Made by a program: the position numbers and the translations under genes
Source: Nemertoderma westbladi
Taxonomy: Eukaryota > Animalia > Xenacoelomorpha
NCBI GenBank assembly: GCA_032718475.1
Contig: JAUCBJ010000001.1
Span: forward strand, 62,001 to 126,000
Direction: 5' to 3'
Length of the DNA stretch: 64,000 bases
The notes under the pieces: model-generated
Database searches by the model: none
Told to the model about the DNA's origin: nothing
The model's input: only the letters and a program-made list of their open reading frames with translations
Shown here: positions 12,601 to 25,749 of the stretch, piece after piece
How the letters are laid out: each line of letters opens with the position of its first letter
Position numbering within the stretch: position 1 is the first letter of the stretch

Positions 12601-13244
12601 GTATCGTTCTGGATACATTGAATAGACTCCATTGTCCATCGCGATCGTTTCATTGTTTATCGTAATTGACTCCGTCGCCTCCTCGGATTATGAATCCGGC
12701 CGGGTTTCGTAGATTCCGCCATCATCGTTCAGCAGTTCAGTGTTTTTAATCAAAGCCAGAATTCCGGCACCGGCACCACGATCAACGATTTCGGAAGTAA
12801 CAGATTCCGTCAACAACACTCGGGGTTTAAAAAATACAACTATCGGGCAACTTGTAACTGGGCGATCATCTATCTGATAGTTGAAAAAGACTGTCTGACA
12901 GTTGGTATCAGACTATCTGATAGTTAGAGCCCCATGGGTAAATCCTTACCCCATGGGCTGTTACCTCTCTGACTGACAGCGCAACAGCCCCTATAGAGTA
13001 AACCTTAAGTCTAACATTGCATTGATTGAAAACCACAAATCTTAAGAGTAAGACCCAGCAAGCCAATACGAGGGCTCCAATTTCTAATTAAATAGAAAGG
13101 ATTAGAAAGGTTTTCCAGATAGGAGGGGGGGGGGGGGGGGGGGGGGACTGGACGCAATAAAAATTCATCCCTCTCTCTCCAGGGGAAATTGGACACAAAT
13201 AACAGATGATTACTCTCAAAAATAAAACAATAACCTGTTATATT

Positions 13245-15303
13245 GGGGTATAGCTTTTCGCCGTATCCGTATGCATTTGCCGTAGGCCTCTACGTATGTC
13301 TGTATGTACATACGCGTATGTATGTGCGTATGTAATGGATTCCTATGGAGAATAATCCGTATGTGATTTTAGAGATTAGGCATTGCGGACCAGTAAGAAG
13401 TGCACAGCACACATGCAGACTGAAGACAGGTAGCCTACTTAAAGCTAAGTGATTTAAAGAGTGTGGCTGCCGCTACCTTTTGTCAAATAAACAATGCAGG
13501 ACAGGTCCAGGATGAGTGACAGCCGGTGTCCGCCAGCCCCGGGATGCGCCAGCAGTGCAGTACCTATGTAACCTAGCTCTTCTTGACGCCGCTTGGAAAT
13601 CTAACCAACCGTGATTTATTTTTGAACTGTTTTTCCACCAACCTGGCTATAGAATGTTGTTGGTTGCTACAGTATATGGCACTAACATAGTAGTATAGAC
13701 TGATAGAAGCAGCAATGAGAATGCTAAGGGAATAAACATTCGCACAGATATTGAAAACCGTCGTGTCAGTCTGTCCTTCTTTGTGAATTTATTAACATAT
13801 AATATATGTACCTTTACTTTCGCTGTTTCGGGGCCAGTATTTAGTTAACCATATGCAACCAAGTGCCAACAAGTCCAACCTACGTGCCAGTTAGTCAAAC
13901 CACGTGTCAGCGAGTGCAACCGGGTGCCAGTAATTAATCTAAGTCCAACCGGGCGGCCAGGTGTCAGTTAGTACAATAAAACAAGCCCTGTGGCGCATCC
14001 CGGGGCTGAAGGACATCATCTGTCACTCATCCTGGACCTACAATGTTTATTTGCCATTAGGTAGCGGCAGCCGCACTCTTTAAATCATATCGCTTTTAAG
14101 TAGGCCTACCTGTCTTCAGTCTGCATGTGTGCTGTGCACTTCTTACTGGTCCGCAATGCCTAATCTTTAAAATCACATACGGATTATTCTGGGTGTTTGA
14201 AAAAGGTGGACTGGTCACAGAAAACATGGACAATGGACAGACCAATCACGGGCGATTTGCGTCACACAGCATGTCCACCTTTTCAGCTTTGTTGTCCACC
14301 TTTTTCAAATTTGAATAAGGCTGTAACGTAGACTGGGTTGAGAAAGAACAGGCAATGAATTCATCAATCAGATTGATTTGCACATTATAGCAGCTCTGTC
14401 CACGTTTTTCAAAAAATTTCAGAAGGTTTTTATGGATTATTATTGCAGTATTGTTATTATTATCCATACTTACTGTGACCAACCGAAGTTGTCGAAATAG
14501 GCCTAGTTCAATAATATGGGGCGACACGGGCGAGCCACGAAGTCTGTGAGCTGAGCCTTACCTTAGCATCAATATTGGAACGTCAATATTCTAACTCATT
14601 ACAGTATAAGTTATTATAATAACTACCTATTGTACTGAGAGGGAAATATAATATGCTTTATTTACCGTTCATCCGAGATCTGTTATTAAACGACCGAGCG
14701 CAGCGAGGGAGGTAAATAAGTCCCCATATTTTGGGAGTGGCGGTCCGGAACCCTAATTCGTAAGTGGATTTTAATGGAGCGCCCTGAACCTTATTTATTA
14801 CTGTCACTGTAACCCCATAGCCTTAAATACTCTGTGAGTCGCATGGGGGTAGATACGCCTAGGGACACCGGCAGCATTCTTACTGCATGCTGCTTCAAGC
14901 ATGCCCATTACTGCATTATAGATCGATAATTCACACCTGTAAAAGGTGGACAGTCCCATCACTAATAAATAGCATTGCTTTAATACGTTTCTGATTGGTC
15001 AGACTATTATCTATGTTTTTTGTGCATGTGTCCAGTCCACCTTTTTCAAACACACATCTTATTCCCAATTATGTAACTAAGAAAGCGAAAACTTGAAAAA
15101 GGTGGACAGACCAATTGCTACAAACTGCTTTCATAATACGTTTCTGATTGGTCTGTCCGTTGTCCATGTTTTCTGTGTCCAGTCCACCTTTTTCAAACAC
15201 CCGATTATTCTCCATAGGAATTAATTACATACGCACATACGCGTATGTGCATACGGATACGGCAAATGCATACGGATACAGCGAAAAGTTATATCCAGAT
15301 ATC
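13245..15303. mobile_element. MULE-like foldback element with ~300-bp inverted arms
   Basis: Left arm 13245-13560 mirrors 13985-14190 plus 15203-15296; tgttatatt flanks both ends (9-bp TSD, right end slightly rearranged). Confidence 0.8.
14191..15202. mobile_element. MULE-like non-autonomous element inserted in the right arm of the previous element
   Basis: TIR gggtgtttgaaaaaggtggactgg / ccagtccacctttttcaaacaccc; perfect 9-bp TSD gattattct (14182-14190, 15203-15211). Confidence 0.92.
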
Positions 15304-17072
15304 TGTTATATTGTGCTTAAAATAACGTGCCACTGGTCTCTATCTGTCGCCACGGTAGCATACTGCTGTACCCTGCTGCCCTGTCTGCCTGTACAGTGCT
15401 GAAGTCTGACATCTGATAGTGTACCCTACCAGGACTACAGTACCAGCTTAGTGGCTTACTGCAGTCAGCAGTACAGCAGTAGGCCATGTAGGGCTACCTT
15501 TCTGACCTGTCTACTACTGTACTGTCTGACTGTACCAGTACCAGAACAGTACACTGGTACAGTACAGGAGTACAGCAGTCAGGCAGTAGCAGTAGTGCCG
15601 TACCGACCGTGCGAACGACTGGCAACTGATACAGTCAGACAGTAGGCACGACACAGCAGCACATTACAGTCCGCAGTCTGGTCAGCCCTATATGGAATAC
15701 TGACAAAAAGCGCGCCACACGCGTTCTGGTTATATCGCGCCAGCCATGATATCCAACTGTCCAATGCGCGCCAAGTCAAAAATTGACTATGAAATTTTGC
15801 AGTAATTGCTGAATCAGTGAATTGTAATAATTTATCAGTCTGTCAGTTTATATAATGCTGTCTGGCTGTAGCCCTACAGTATTTTAAACATAAAAATGCG
15901 AGCGTAGCGAGCAAGGAAATTTTCCAATTATGTTAACATAAATACTGAAATACAGTCTGACACTGACAGACTGACAGTAATAGTCAGATAGTACTGTCAG
16001 ACTGTACTGCTGTAGTAGTAGTAGTAGTCCTGTAGTAGTACATAGGGAACATAGGCCTACCCTTAAATAAGCTCCAAAAGTGGGTTCTTATTTAAGGAAA
16101 ATGGCTCTTATTTCAGTCACTGATCTATGCCAAAATTGGCATTTTTCAAAATTGGAAGTTTTCATGCCAAAATTGGAATTTTTGATATATTTTCTGTCCA
16201 GGGTCAGCCAATATTGGCTGGGGTTAACTAAATTTTGCAAAAAATTATATTTTGATGCATTTAGAAACTTTTGACCGAGATAAAAAAAAATTCACCATGC
16301 TTTTGGTTTTTTATGATTAACATTTTGATTTGATACTGTAACCTCTAGTTCCAAAATTGGAAGTTTTTGACCTGCCGTTTTTGGCATTTTTTATTCTGAG
16401 AGCAGCTGCAGACTGGCAGAGAGAGTGGTTGTAGTTGCTGAGTTGCAGCTTGCAGGCATATATCTGTATATTGGTATATTACCGAACTTTTGTTGTAAAT
16501 GTGTCAGTGTCATGCTGTGACAGCTGTGATGTGACATTACAGCATTATACATTCTAGTGAGTTGCATGTGCTTGTGTGTGTAGTATATGGTGTACGTACA
16601 GTACAGTAGGGAACACATGCCCGAATTGGCAGCACAGACGCACTGCCATTTTTGAAAAATGCACTGCCATATTAGGCAGTTTTACCCTAAATTTCGGATA
16701 AAATGTGAATTTTTATCAACTTCCTGCTGGAAGGGCCCCATTTTTATTTCATTGGATGAAAATATGATATATATTGGAGGTAAATACAAAATGTGGTAAG
16801 AGTTTCATGGTTGGGTTTTGGAGATATTTGACATTGAAAATTGCAAGTCAAAAACATGCACTGCCTAAAATGGCAGTTATGGTATTGAATTAATTCCTTC
16901 TGACTGACTTGGAGAGCTGGAGAGCCTGGCAATGCCAGGCATCCTTCAGTCCTTCAGAGTTTATCTATCTCTGTCTGTACTGTATCTGCTAAGCAGCCTA
17001 TCTATCTACAGTATATAAGCCTATCCGTTTGAAAGCAATTTATATATTTTGTTTTTGTTAGTTATTCAGTTA

Positions 17073-18725
17073 GGGGAAAGTGGGGGAATTAGAAACACTT
17101 TTTGGATTTTAAAAAATTAAAAGTGCCCTCATTTCTACACAAACATTCATAGAGGAAATATAACTATAGATTTGGAATCATGCATCTCTCTGCTAACAAT
17201 AGAACATCCTATCTCGTCTGCCTATCACTATCTGGTAGTGACAGGCAGACGAGATTTTTTTTAAGTCGAGATTGTTTCCATTTACCCCACAATGGGGTAA
17301 ATGGAAACAGGGTTTGCCTCCCAATAGTTAAATCAACCAGAAATTCACATGGGGTAATTGGAATATTTCTAATTACCACATGGGAATGTAGATTAAATTG
17401 CGCACAATTTGATATATAACATGTCTATGTTGCCACATATGTTTAATATTTAAAGTGTTTCACAAACCTTCAACAATTAACAGAGATATGCATGTTTGTG
17501 AATAAATGACATCCAGCAACAATATGGATATATGAAAACTAATTATTGCTCTTTATATAACTAAATTAAACTTAATTTATTTAAATTAAAATGAATTAGC
17601 TTAACTTAAATTAAAATTAGAATTTCTTGTTGGTTCAGCACAGCCCCATTCCCGCTTTTCCTATTACCACCAGATATTGGGCCAATGTTTCCTCATTGGC
17701 TTTTCCGAGAAAACATCTACGCACCTGACCTATATAATTAGCGATCACTATATTTAAGTTTCTTGTTCCCAGAGGGTACCCCCAGGAATTCCAAAGGTAT
17801 ATGCAGCCTTCCGAATAGTGGCATGACCACTGGAAATGGTGCTTTAAGGCAGCAGATAGAGATTCCATAGAGTATGACGCCCAGGCAACGCAGGCAGCCA
17901 TGAAGTTTTGCGTAAAATTGAGGGAAAAGAGCAGGTTACAGAGGCTGGCTTTTCTAACCCAAACAATAAACGGCCACTTTCCCAAATGAGGGAAAGGAGC
18001 AGATTACAGAGGCATGCTTTTCTAACCAAAACAATAAACGGCCACTTTACCAATTGAGGGAAAGCAGCAGGTTACCTAGGTGGGCTATTCTAACCAAAAC
18101 AATAAACGATTACTTTACCAATTGAGGGAAACCATATGGTCAGACTTCTAGTCAGCTAGTAGTCATTAGTCACATGGTCAGACTGTCAGTAGTCACTCTA
18201 TAACCAAAAAAATCAGGCACTCAAGCAATAGGCAGATAGGTACCGGTGCGCAGCTGTATGACAATTAGAAACTGTTGAAAAGGACGGTCCCCAAAGTAAC
18301 AGGACCAGCTAAAAAAATTAATGTTTCCAATTACCCCATGGCACTAAAATTTGACCATTTTTAAATTATGTTGAACAAACAAATTTTTAATTATGCTATC
18401 ATTAAATTAGGTTGTCTACTGAATAGATGACATAATAAGCTTTAAATTAAGCTATTGCTTAAGATAATTGGAATAAGACATCGCTCACAATCCATTTGTG
18501 AAGTTGCAAAAAAATAATCGAAAATTTGATTTTTTTTTCATCTTTTATACAATCAGCCATTTGACAATGAAGAAGTGAAAATAAACGCCATATTCCTATT
18601 GGAAAAATAATCACCAATAATTTATCTCAATAAACATCAAAATTTCAAGTCTATACATACAAAAGCATGCATGTAGTAGCCATTGCTTCTAATTACCCCA
18701 TGTTTCTAATTCCCCCACCTTCCCC
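17073..18725 (-). mobile_element. Internally deleted pogo/Fot1-like transposon
   Basis: TIR ggggaaagtgggggaattagaaaca / tgtttctaattcccccaccttcccc; TA TSD on both sides; transposase remnant inside. Confidence 0.88.
17635..17901 (-). pseudogene. pogo-like transposase N-terminal remnant (psq-type HTH + start of CENP-B-type HTH), frameshifted
   Basis: Frames join to YSMESLSAALK..SGHATIRKAAYTFGIP.GTL and FLGKANEETLAQYLVVIGKAGMGL. Confidence 0.65.
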
Positions 18726-21454
18726 TAACTGGTTAACAATTTACACAGTCACTGACAGATAATTTATTAATATATTTATTATAATGTATAAAATATTAAT
18801 ATACTGATATATGTGGCCATTATAACAATATGTATTATAGGCCTATAGTTTGTTAATATTAAAAGTTACGGTTCGCTAATGATAAAATTTATGTTTATTG
18901 ACTGATTGATATGGTGACTGATAATTATTGATAGTAAATAGTTAGTAATAAAATCATTAGGCCTAATATATATCATATTTAAGGGGTCTGTACAGAAATT
19001 TACCTCCCCTTGATTAATTTATTGTTTAATAATTCAGTAATTTATGGATGTAAAAATAAATGTCTTATAAGGCACTGTTTAAGGATTAACTGATAAGGCA
19101 TTATTTGTTAACAAAATACAAATTACTGTATAAGAAGTCATCAGATCATTAGTAAGAAATAATTAAATCCAATTTAGATACTACAAAATAGTCCTATATT
19201 TAGATTTACACGTTCACACACAAAATTTATATAATAAACTAGAATCTTAATACTGTATGATTTACCGGCTGACCAGTAATCTAAAATTGATATATATAAA
19301 TCAATTAATTGTAAATTGATACAGTATTATGTTGGTTTTACAGTAGATGGAAAACGTAAAATATAGAGTGAGCAATGCGTAAAACCAACGTAAATAAAAA
19401 ATAATAATAAAGATAAAGATAATATATTCTAACAAACACATGTTGCAACAGTTTATTTTTTTTAAAGCAAAATTTGATACTAATGTTTTTGTGTACAAGT
19501 ACAATAAGTTGGCTGATAGGTTAAAACGTCAATAGTAAAACATTAGAGTAAGCCACAAGTAAAACAAACATAATACTGAATATCTACAATATAAAAATAT
19601 TACAAATTAAAAATTAAAATTAACAAGCTAATATTGCGATAGTATAAATTAAGCTAAAACTGAGATGAGCGTTTATGTTTACAATAGGCAATAGGAGTAC
19701 GTAGATTAAAACACATACAAAGTCATTCATTCGACAATAGTAACGGATATAGAGAATACAATACAAACCAACAAAGAATATACAGATATATTATATACAA
19801 ATTCAGAAATATGATCGGGTCTTTCTTTTTCCAACTCTCCCAGTTTACTGGTGTTTCAAACTGTGAAAAAATTATTTATAAAATCTGTTGAATATTGGTT
19901 ATTTATATATATATTATTGTTTCCATCAGAATTGCTGAATTGTATGTAATGCTGATGCTGAATGCATTTTCTGATTTTGCACTGCCATTTTAAGCATTGT
20001 ACTGCTAGTTCAAAAAGTATGCTGCTATATTAAGCAGAACACTGCTATTTTGGGCAGTGCATGCTTTTGACTGGCAATTTTCAAAGTCTGATGTCTCTAA
20101 AACCCAACTGTGAAAGTCTACCAAATTTTCCATTTACCTTGCAATACATACTATATTTTCATCCCATGAAATAAAAAAGGGGCCCTTCAAGCAGGAAGTT
20201 AATAAAAATTGACATTTTATCAGAAATTTAGGCTAAAACTGCCTAATATGGCAGTGCATTTTGCAAAGTCTGCACTGCCCGTTTGGGCATGTGTTCCCTA
20301 CTGCAGTAGGTACGGTACTTGTACTATCCAATATCCGAATCCGAGAATCCGAATATCTTAATGTGAATGTTAACCTTGATATGATATCTTCTTAACTACA
20401 TAAGAAACGCCCTGCGCTGGGCCATACAACAATGTAAGATTTGATCACATTATCAATTTCAATACTTTGTCTCTGTTTGTGTATAACTATACATTCAGAC
20501 CTTTTTTTAAGAATTCGCTATCACCATCACCTGCTTAGCTTGAAGAAGACTTAGTTCCAGTTGCAGTTGTTGTGTTGTGTTAGTGTTAGTACTTCCAGAG
20601 GCGGTCATTCATTACCAGTGCCTTTTGATTTATTAAATGCCGACTTTGTGCCACACATCTACCTGTCTACTGCACAAGTAACCGCTTTAGATCCTAGAGC
20701 ACCTTAGACCCTGAACGAACTTAGATCTTGGGTGAACTTAGATCCTTCCCATTCGAACTTCGATCCTTCCCAGGCAGCCAAGCTGCCAAGCGAACTTAGA
20801 TACTTCCCATACTGCCATACGAACTTAGATCCTTCCCATATGAACTTCGATCCTCAACATACAAACTTAGATTCCACCTTGCATATATCTGTATATATCA
20901 GTATATTGCTGTACCATAGCTGTGTTAATGTAAAAACGTCATCCCCATACTGCCATACCACACTGGAATCCTTACAGGGTGCGCCGGATTTATCCGGCGC
21001 GCATTGAAAAGCCTGGCGCGCAAATTTGGCGCGTTTTCATAAAACGCGCCAAGCTTTGGCGCACTGGCGCGCAAAAATTATGCATTGGCGCGCTGGCACG
21101 CAAAAATTATTCATTGGCGCGCTACAAATATTTCATGCCGGGCCACCTCCACCGCTCCACCTATCCCTACATACATCCCATACAGTCACCCTATCAGCAT
21201 TTATAATTTTACATAGATACCCCGTCGCTATGTAAATCCTAGATACCGACAGATATTTTCCTATATACTTAGCCGTGTGTATCCAATGTGTATGTAGAGT
21301 ATTGTATGCATTGGCCATAGGCCGTAAGCGTAGGGTAGGATGTAGGGATTAGATAAGGTAGGCTTTCACCCCCCTCTCCCAATATCTCCATGTTGTAACA
21401 TTGAGCTTCATGTGTGCCCTGAATGTCCTGTGCTCCTAACCAAACATTATTTTC

Positions 21455-22063
21455 AGATAACCACCGGTTCCAAGTTTTTTTTACTCTTTATAACCACAGG
21501 TTGGTTAGTAACGTTTTAACCGTGGGTTTTTCTTTTATAACCACAGGTTATAAATAAATTAAAGCCTCAGTTTATTAAAATCACCGCCAGTTTTCTCAAA
21601 TAAAACCGCCAGTTGACTGTTAATTAAACGGCGGTTTCGTAAAAACTGGTTTATTTGGTTGCCGTTTTACCTGTGGTTTTTTGAGAAAACCGGCAGTTTT
21701 AAATAGTTGAAACGCCAGTTACCAGCAGTAAACCATAGGTTAATAAATGCCGATGAAGTATTCGACCGGGAATTTGCGTTAAACCAGAACCTGAGGTTAC
21801 AGAAACCGGCAGTTCCTTGCTATAAAAAATACCAGAGGTTTTACAACGCATTTTTAGGTTCTAAACAACTGGGGGTTATGGAGCCGCCGGTTTTACGAGA
21901 GATAATCAGCCCCCGGTTTGTACAACTGCCAGTTCTTGGCAACGTTTATTTACCGCCGGTTTGTAAAAACAACCTGCGGTGGTTTTCGTTGCAAAACAAC
22001 CCCAGGTAGTTCTTGCAAACCGGCAGTTTTTTAACAAAATACCACCACTTACTTTTTTCAGTG
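21455..22063. mobile_element. Truncated CACT-ended (CMC-like) element with aaacc..ggtt short repeats
   Basis: Dense aacc(g/a)c(c/a)ggtt-type motifs ending in ttttttcagtg (reverse complement CACTGAAAAAA); other end not found. Confidence 0.4.
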
Positions 22064-22441
22064 CGTACGCAAAGACAAGAGGGCGGTCAGTCAAATAAAA
22101 CATTGGAAAATCGCACGAAATGTGATTGGATGCTTCCTGTTCCAATTGCCTGCCCGAACACTCTGAAAGAAATTGTGACGCTATATCTAAAAAAACATAA
22201 ACCCCCAGTCCTAAAAATGACTGACCCAAGAACGCAGTTGCAGCCTGGCCATGGTCAAGTTATCAAACGTATACAGACGAAAACTAAATATTTATTTGAT
22301 TAAATTCGTCATTGAATAGTAATACTGAATCAACTTAGACTTAAATTCTATGCAAATTTTGCCTATTATTAATCTACGCCTATTTGCAACAGGGAAAGAG
22401 GATTGAATTGGGGGGGGGGGGGGGGGGGGTGTAGTGTTGAT

Positions 22442-22609
22442 CAGGGATGGCATAACGAAAACGAAACAAAGCATAGTTGCTAATAATGAAACGAAAAAAT
22501 AATGTAAGGTAAAAATGCCAAACGAAATAAAAACACAAGCAAATAACGAAACAAAATAATATAAGTTTCGTTTTTTTCTCTTTTGTTTCGTTTCGTTATG
22601 CCATCCCTG
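22442..22609. mobile_element. hAT-type MITE (168 bp)
   Basis: TIR cagggatggcataacgaaa / tttcgttatgccatccctg; 8-bp TSD gtgttgat / gtgttggt. Confidence 0.88.
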
Positions 22610-22949
22610 GTGTTGGTTTTATAGAGGCTTTTAAATTTTAAATTTTGTGGTTTGAGGGGGGGGGGGGGGGGGGGGGGTAGTAGAGTCAGGATTGTAATTT
22701 GTTTAAATACAGTGGAATTGTCAATGATTCTCTTATCTTATCTTAATGCACTTACTACATTCTAGCAGTGTAATTCTTTGTTATTCTGAACTCTACTTGA
22801 GAAATACATCAATACTTTCGAATTTAATTATATTAACCAAACATATTGGAATTAATGCGATTACTAAAATTATGTTAAAATTGCTCGCTAAAATGTGACC
22901 TGATAAAAATAAAATAAATAAGTAAATAGATTGCATCGAGTTATAAAAT

Positions 22950-23300
22950 AATGAAATAACAGTTGTCCATCGTAATGCAGAACATCGTCCCGTGATAAGC
23001 GACCTCCACGTCTGAATTTAACAACTTTTATTTTTGAGCTATTGACTGTTAGGTCGTGGTCTCTGCAGTAGTCAAGTAATGCATCGAGTGCAATCTGAAT
23101 TTGCGCAATGGAATTTCTACAAATAACTAGATCGTCGGCATACATGAATATAAGGCATCCAGTTGCTATAATAACTGCAGCGAGGTCGGAAACAAACAAG
23201 ATGAATATGAGAGGGTATAGCTCAGTAGCATGTCACCTTGAATAACTTCAATGGTCTGTGTGATCGGTTCCAGAACATAAATCCCAATTAATATACAAAC
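22950..23300 (-). pseudogene. LINE reverse transcriptase fragment (L2/Daphne-like)
   Basis: QGD motif and FMYADDLVI..QIALDALLDYC..LTVNSSKIKVVKFRRGGRL; frameshifted and truncated. Confidence 0.8.
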
Positions 23301-25749
23301 AAAGTTTATTGCTAGTATGGCCCAATCACGGTGATACATTTTCGACTGATGCCAAGTGCCAAGACGGCAATACATTAATACTTAATAAATCCTGAACATT
23401 ATTGTGTGCTGATGGCCTAATTGTTGTATTATACAGTATGTGGCATGTTAAGTGAGCTCAAAACAAAATTATTTCCTGGCGTGCATATATTCTTAACTGG
23501 CGCCGAATGTATTTTAATTTGTATGCTACATTTTTTCTGGCGCACATCAATTTATAGAGTTCAGAGTGTTGGCGCGGCGCGATTTCCAATATTACTAGGC
23601 GCGGCGCGATTTTCATAATATCTGGCGCGTTATCCGGCGCGCTTTTTGTAAGGATTCCACTAGGGCTGCCATAGGCTGAGGCCAGCAGACCTTACTGTAA
23701 ATATTATCAAGCTTGAAGGAAAGTGAACTTATAATTCCTACTACCATAATAATAATAACAGAATAAATAGGCCTAATACATTGCACCGAATTAGCTATTA
23801 ATTTGCAAATTATAGTTTGTTGGTGAGTAACTAATCGCAACTACTTTGAGTGTATGACTTATTTGCATTAGATCATTATAAGTCTGTAAGTACTTTTATA
23901 TGCTTAATGTAAAATGTAACACAGTACAATACTATAATATCAATTGAACGTGGCCAGCACTACATGATGTGGGATCTAAGTTCGCCTCTCCTCTAGCAGT
24001 CTAGCGTGTGCTAAGGAATTTGTATAAATTTGGGATCTAAGTTCACCTAGTTCAGTAGTTAGGATCTAAGCTCCCCCGGACTACCGGATAGGATCTAAGC
24101 TGCTAAGTTCACTTAGTTAGGATCTAAGTTCAACCAGACTGCCAGATATAGGATCTATGTTCGCATATATAGGACCCAAGTTCGCATAGATATAAGTTCC
24201 TCAAACTGTCAAAGTCATGCCCTGCAGGATCTAAGTTCGTTTACCGAAATATAATGCATTATACGGTAATAAATTTGCATGAAAATAGATTAGTTCAAAC
24301 CGTCAAAATACATTATTAATCTAATAACTGGCTGACTGGTGCTTATCAGTACTAGTTCCAATTTTGGAATTAATGCCGAAATTGGAATAAAAACTTCCAT
24401 TTTTGAAAACTGCCAATTTTGGCATAGATCACTGACTGTATTTAGGGGTTTTTGGGCCTTTTTTGGATATTTTTTCGATATAATATGCAATAACTTGTTT
24501 CAGGAAAAAATACCGCATAATTTTATTTCACAATGTAAAAGTTTGGTCTTTCTTGAACATAATGCAAAAAACCAGAAAACATTTCACCGTCCGGTTTTTT
24601 TTCTACAAGCGTTTTAAAATTCCATCAAAAATACGACCAGTTCCTAAATAAGGGGGATTTTTTAAATTTACCTTATTTAAGATATCGAAATTGTACACAT
24701 AAATACTAAAAGTCCCTAAATAAGAACTTTTTGACCTGGGTTTCTTATTTAGGAATACCGGTACAATTGTATTCCAAAATCTGCACACTCCTTAAATAAA
24801 TTGAATATTCCTTATTCCTTACAGCTGTACAGTACCGGTAGCGGCGGTAGGTGTTACACTTCTTTCATAATTCTTTGATTTATGTCAGTCTGTATATTGC
24901 TAATTGTTGGGTTAAGAAGGACAATGGTTGCACTGCACTCTATAAATCCTCTAGAATATCGTATCATAATGAAGTTGCTAGCACTGGCATTCTTACCTCA
25001 GGCTGCATGCATACGGTAGTATAGAATAGCCCATTGATATTCAAAAGAATAGCCCATCGCCCATCTGAGCGCACAGACATTGTCATGTATTTCGATATGA
25101 GACATGACTCAAGTAACTGGGCATCACCGCACAGTCTGACAGTTTGGAAAAACTAACTTGTGTCCTGCATTTCCTCTTCTGCTCCGCGTTACGCCCCACT
25201 TAGATGGATTATCCACAATGTTGTACTTGAAAGGCGTGAAAAAACCAATGTCAATGTCATGTCAATAGGCACAGAGATGGTTCGGTCGGGCAGCTGATAG
25301 ACGTTATGAATAAAGATGATGACTGGATGACGTTTTGGCTCAACTGGCTCAAGCAGCAGTCTGGCAGTGGGACACGGTCGTGGGACCTTTGCGTAGCATG
25401 AAGTGAGCAAAGCCTTAGCTAGCCCTAGCTGATAGGGGCCCCATTAACATCAGAACATGTTTTCTTTCGTTAATCAGAGTCGTTCAACACAATACTCGTC
25501 TCCTTAATTTGCCTCATTGTGTTCGTTTGTTTTTTTACCAAACTTCGGATTATTTATAATCTTTTGACAGAGTACATACATACCAAGTTTCGTTTAATTT
25601 CATCAAGGAATGACTGAGTTATTAGCGATAAAAAATTTATGACGACGTCGACGACAGACAACTCGTTAGTGGCACCCATATGCTAACTGGCTAAGGCTTC
25701 GCTTACTTGATCGTGCCTCTCCCCCACATTCAATCCGGTTCGACGCAGT

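Larger units (their letters stand above)
10210..12995. mobile_element. TIR DNA transposon carrying LINE fragments
   Basis: ~54-bp near-perfect inverted repeat gggctgttgcgctgtcagtcagagaggtaacagcccgtggggtaaggatttacc (10216-10269) vs 12937-12990; gagtaaa duplicated at 10203-10209 and 12996-13002 (7-8 bp TSD). Confidence 0.8.
16604..20303. mobile_element. Tc1/mariner-like long-TIR element (cagtagggaacacatgccc ends)
   Basis: ~270-bp inverted arms 16604-16875 vs 20035-20303; same terminal 12-mer as 16041-29413. Confidence 0.85.
20961..23662. mobile_element. hAT-like non-autonomous element with ggcgcg subterminal repeats
   Basis: TIR cactggaatccttaca / tgtaaggattccacta; ggcgcg clusters at 20980-21125 and 23470-23645; TSD not recognisable. 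Confidence 0.65.
20678..24246. mobile_element. Degenerate TIR element with gaacttagatcc subterminal repeats
   Basis: Multiple gaacttagatcc at 20690-20875 and reverse-complement ggatctaagttc at 23970-24240; ends approximate. Confidence 0.6.
16114..24438. mobile_element. TIR element with apparent 5-bp TSD inserted in the left arm of 16041-29413
   Basis: TIR cagtcactgatctatgccaaaattggca / tgccaattttggcatagatcactgactg; tattt duplicated relative to the empty site preserved in the mirror arm. Confidence 0.8.

Noticed and set aside
21707-22303. ~100-aa ORFs
   Set aside because: They overlap short-repeat transposon sequence and have no recognisable domain.
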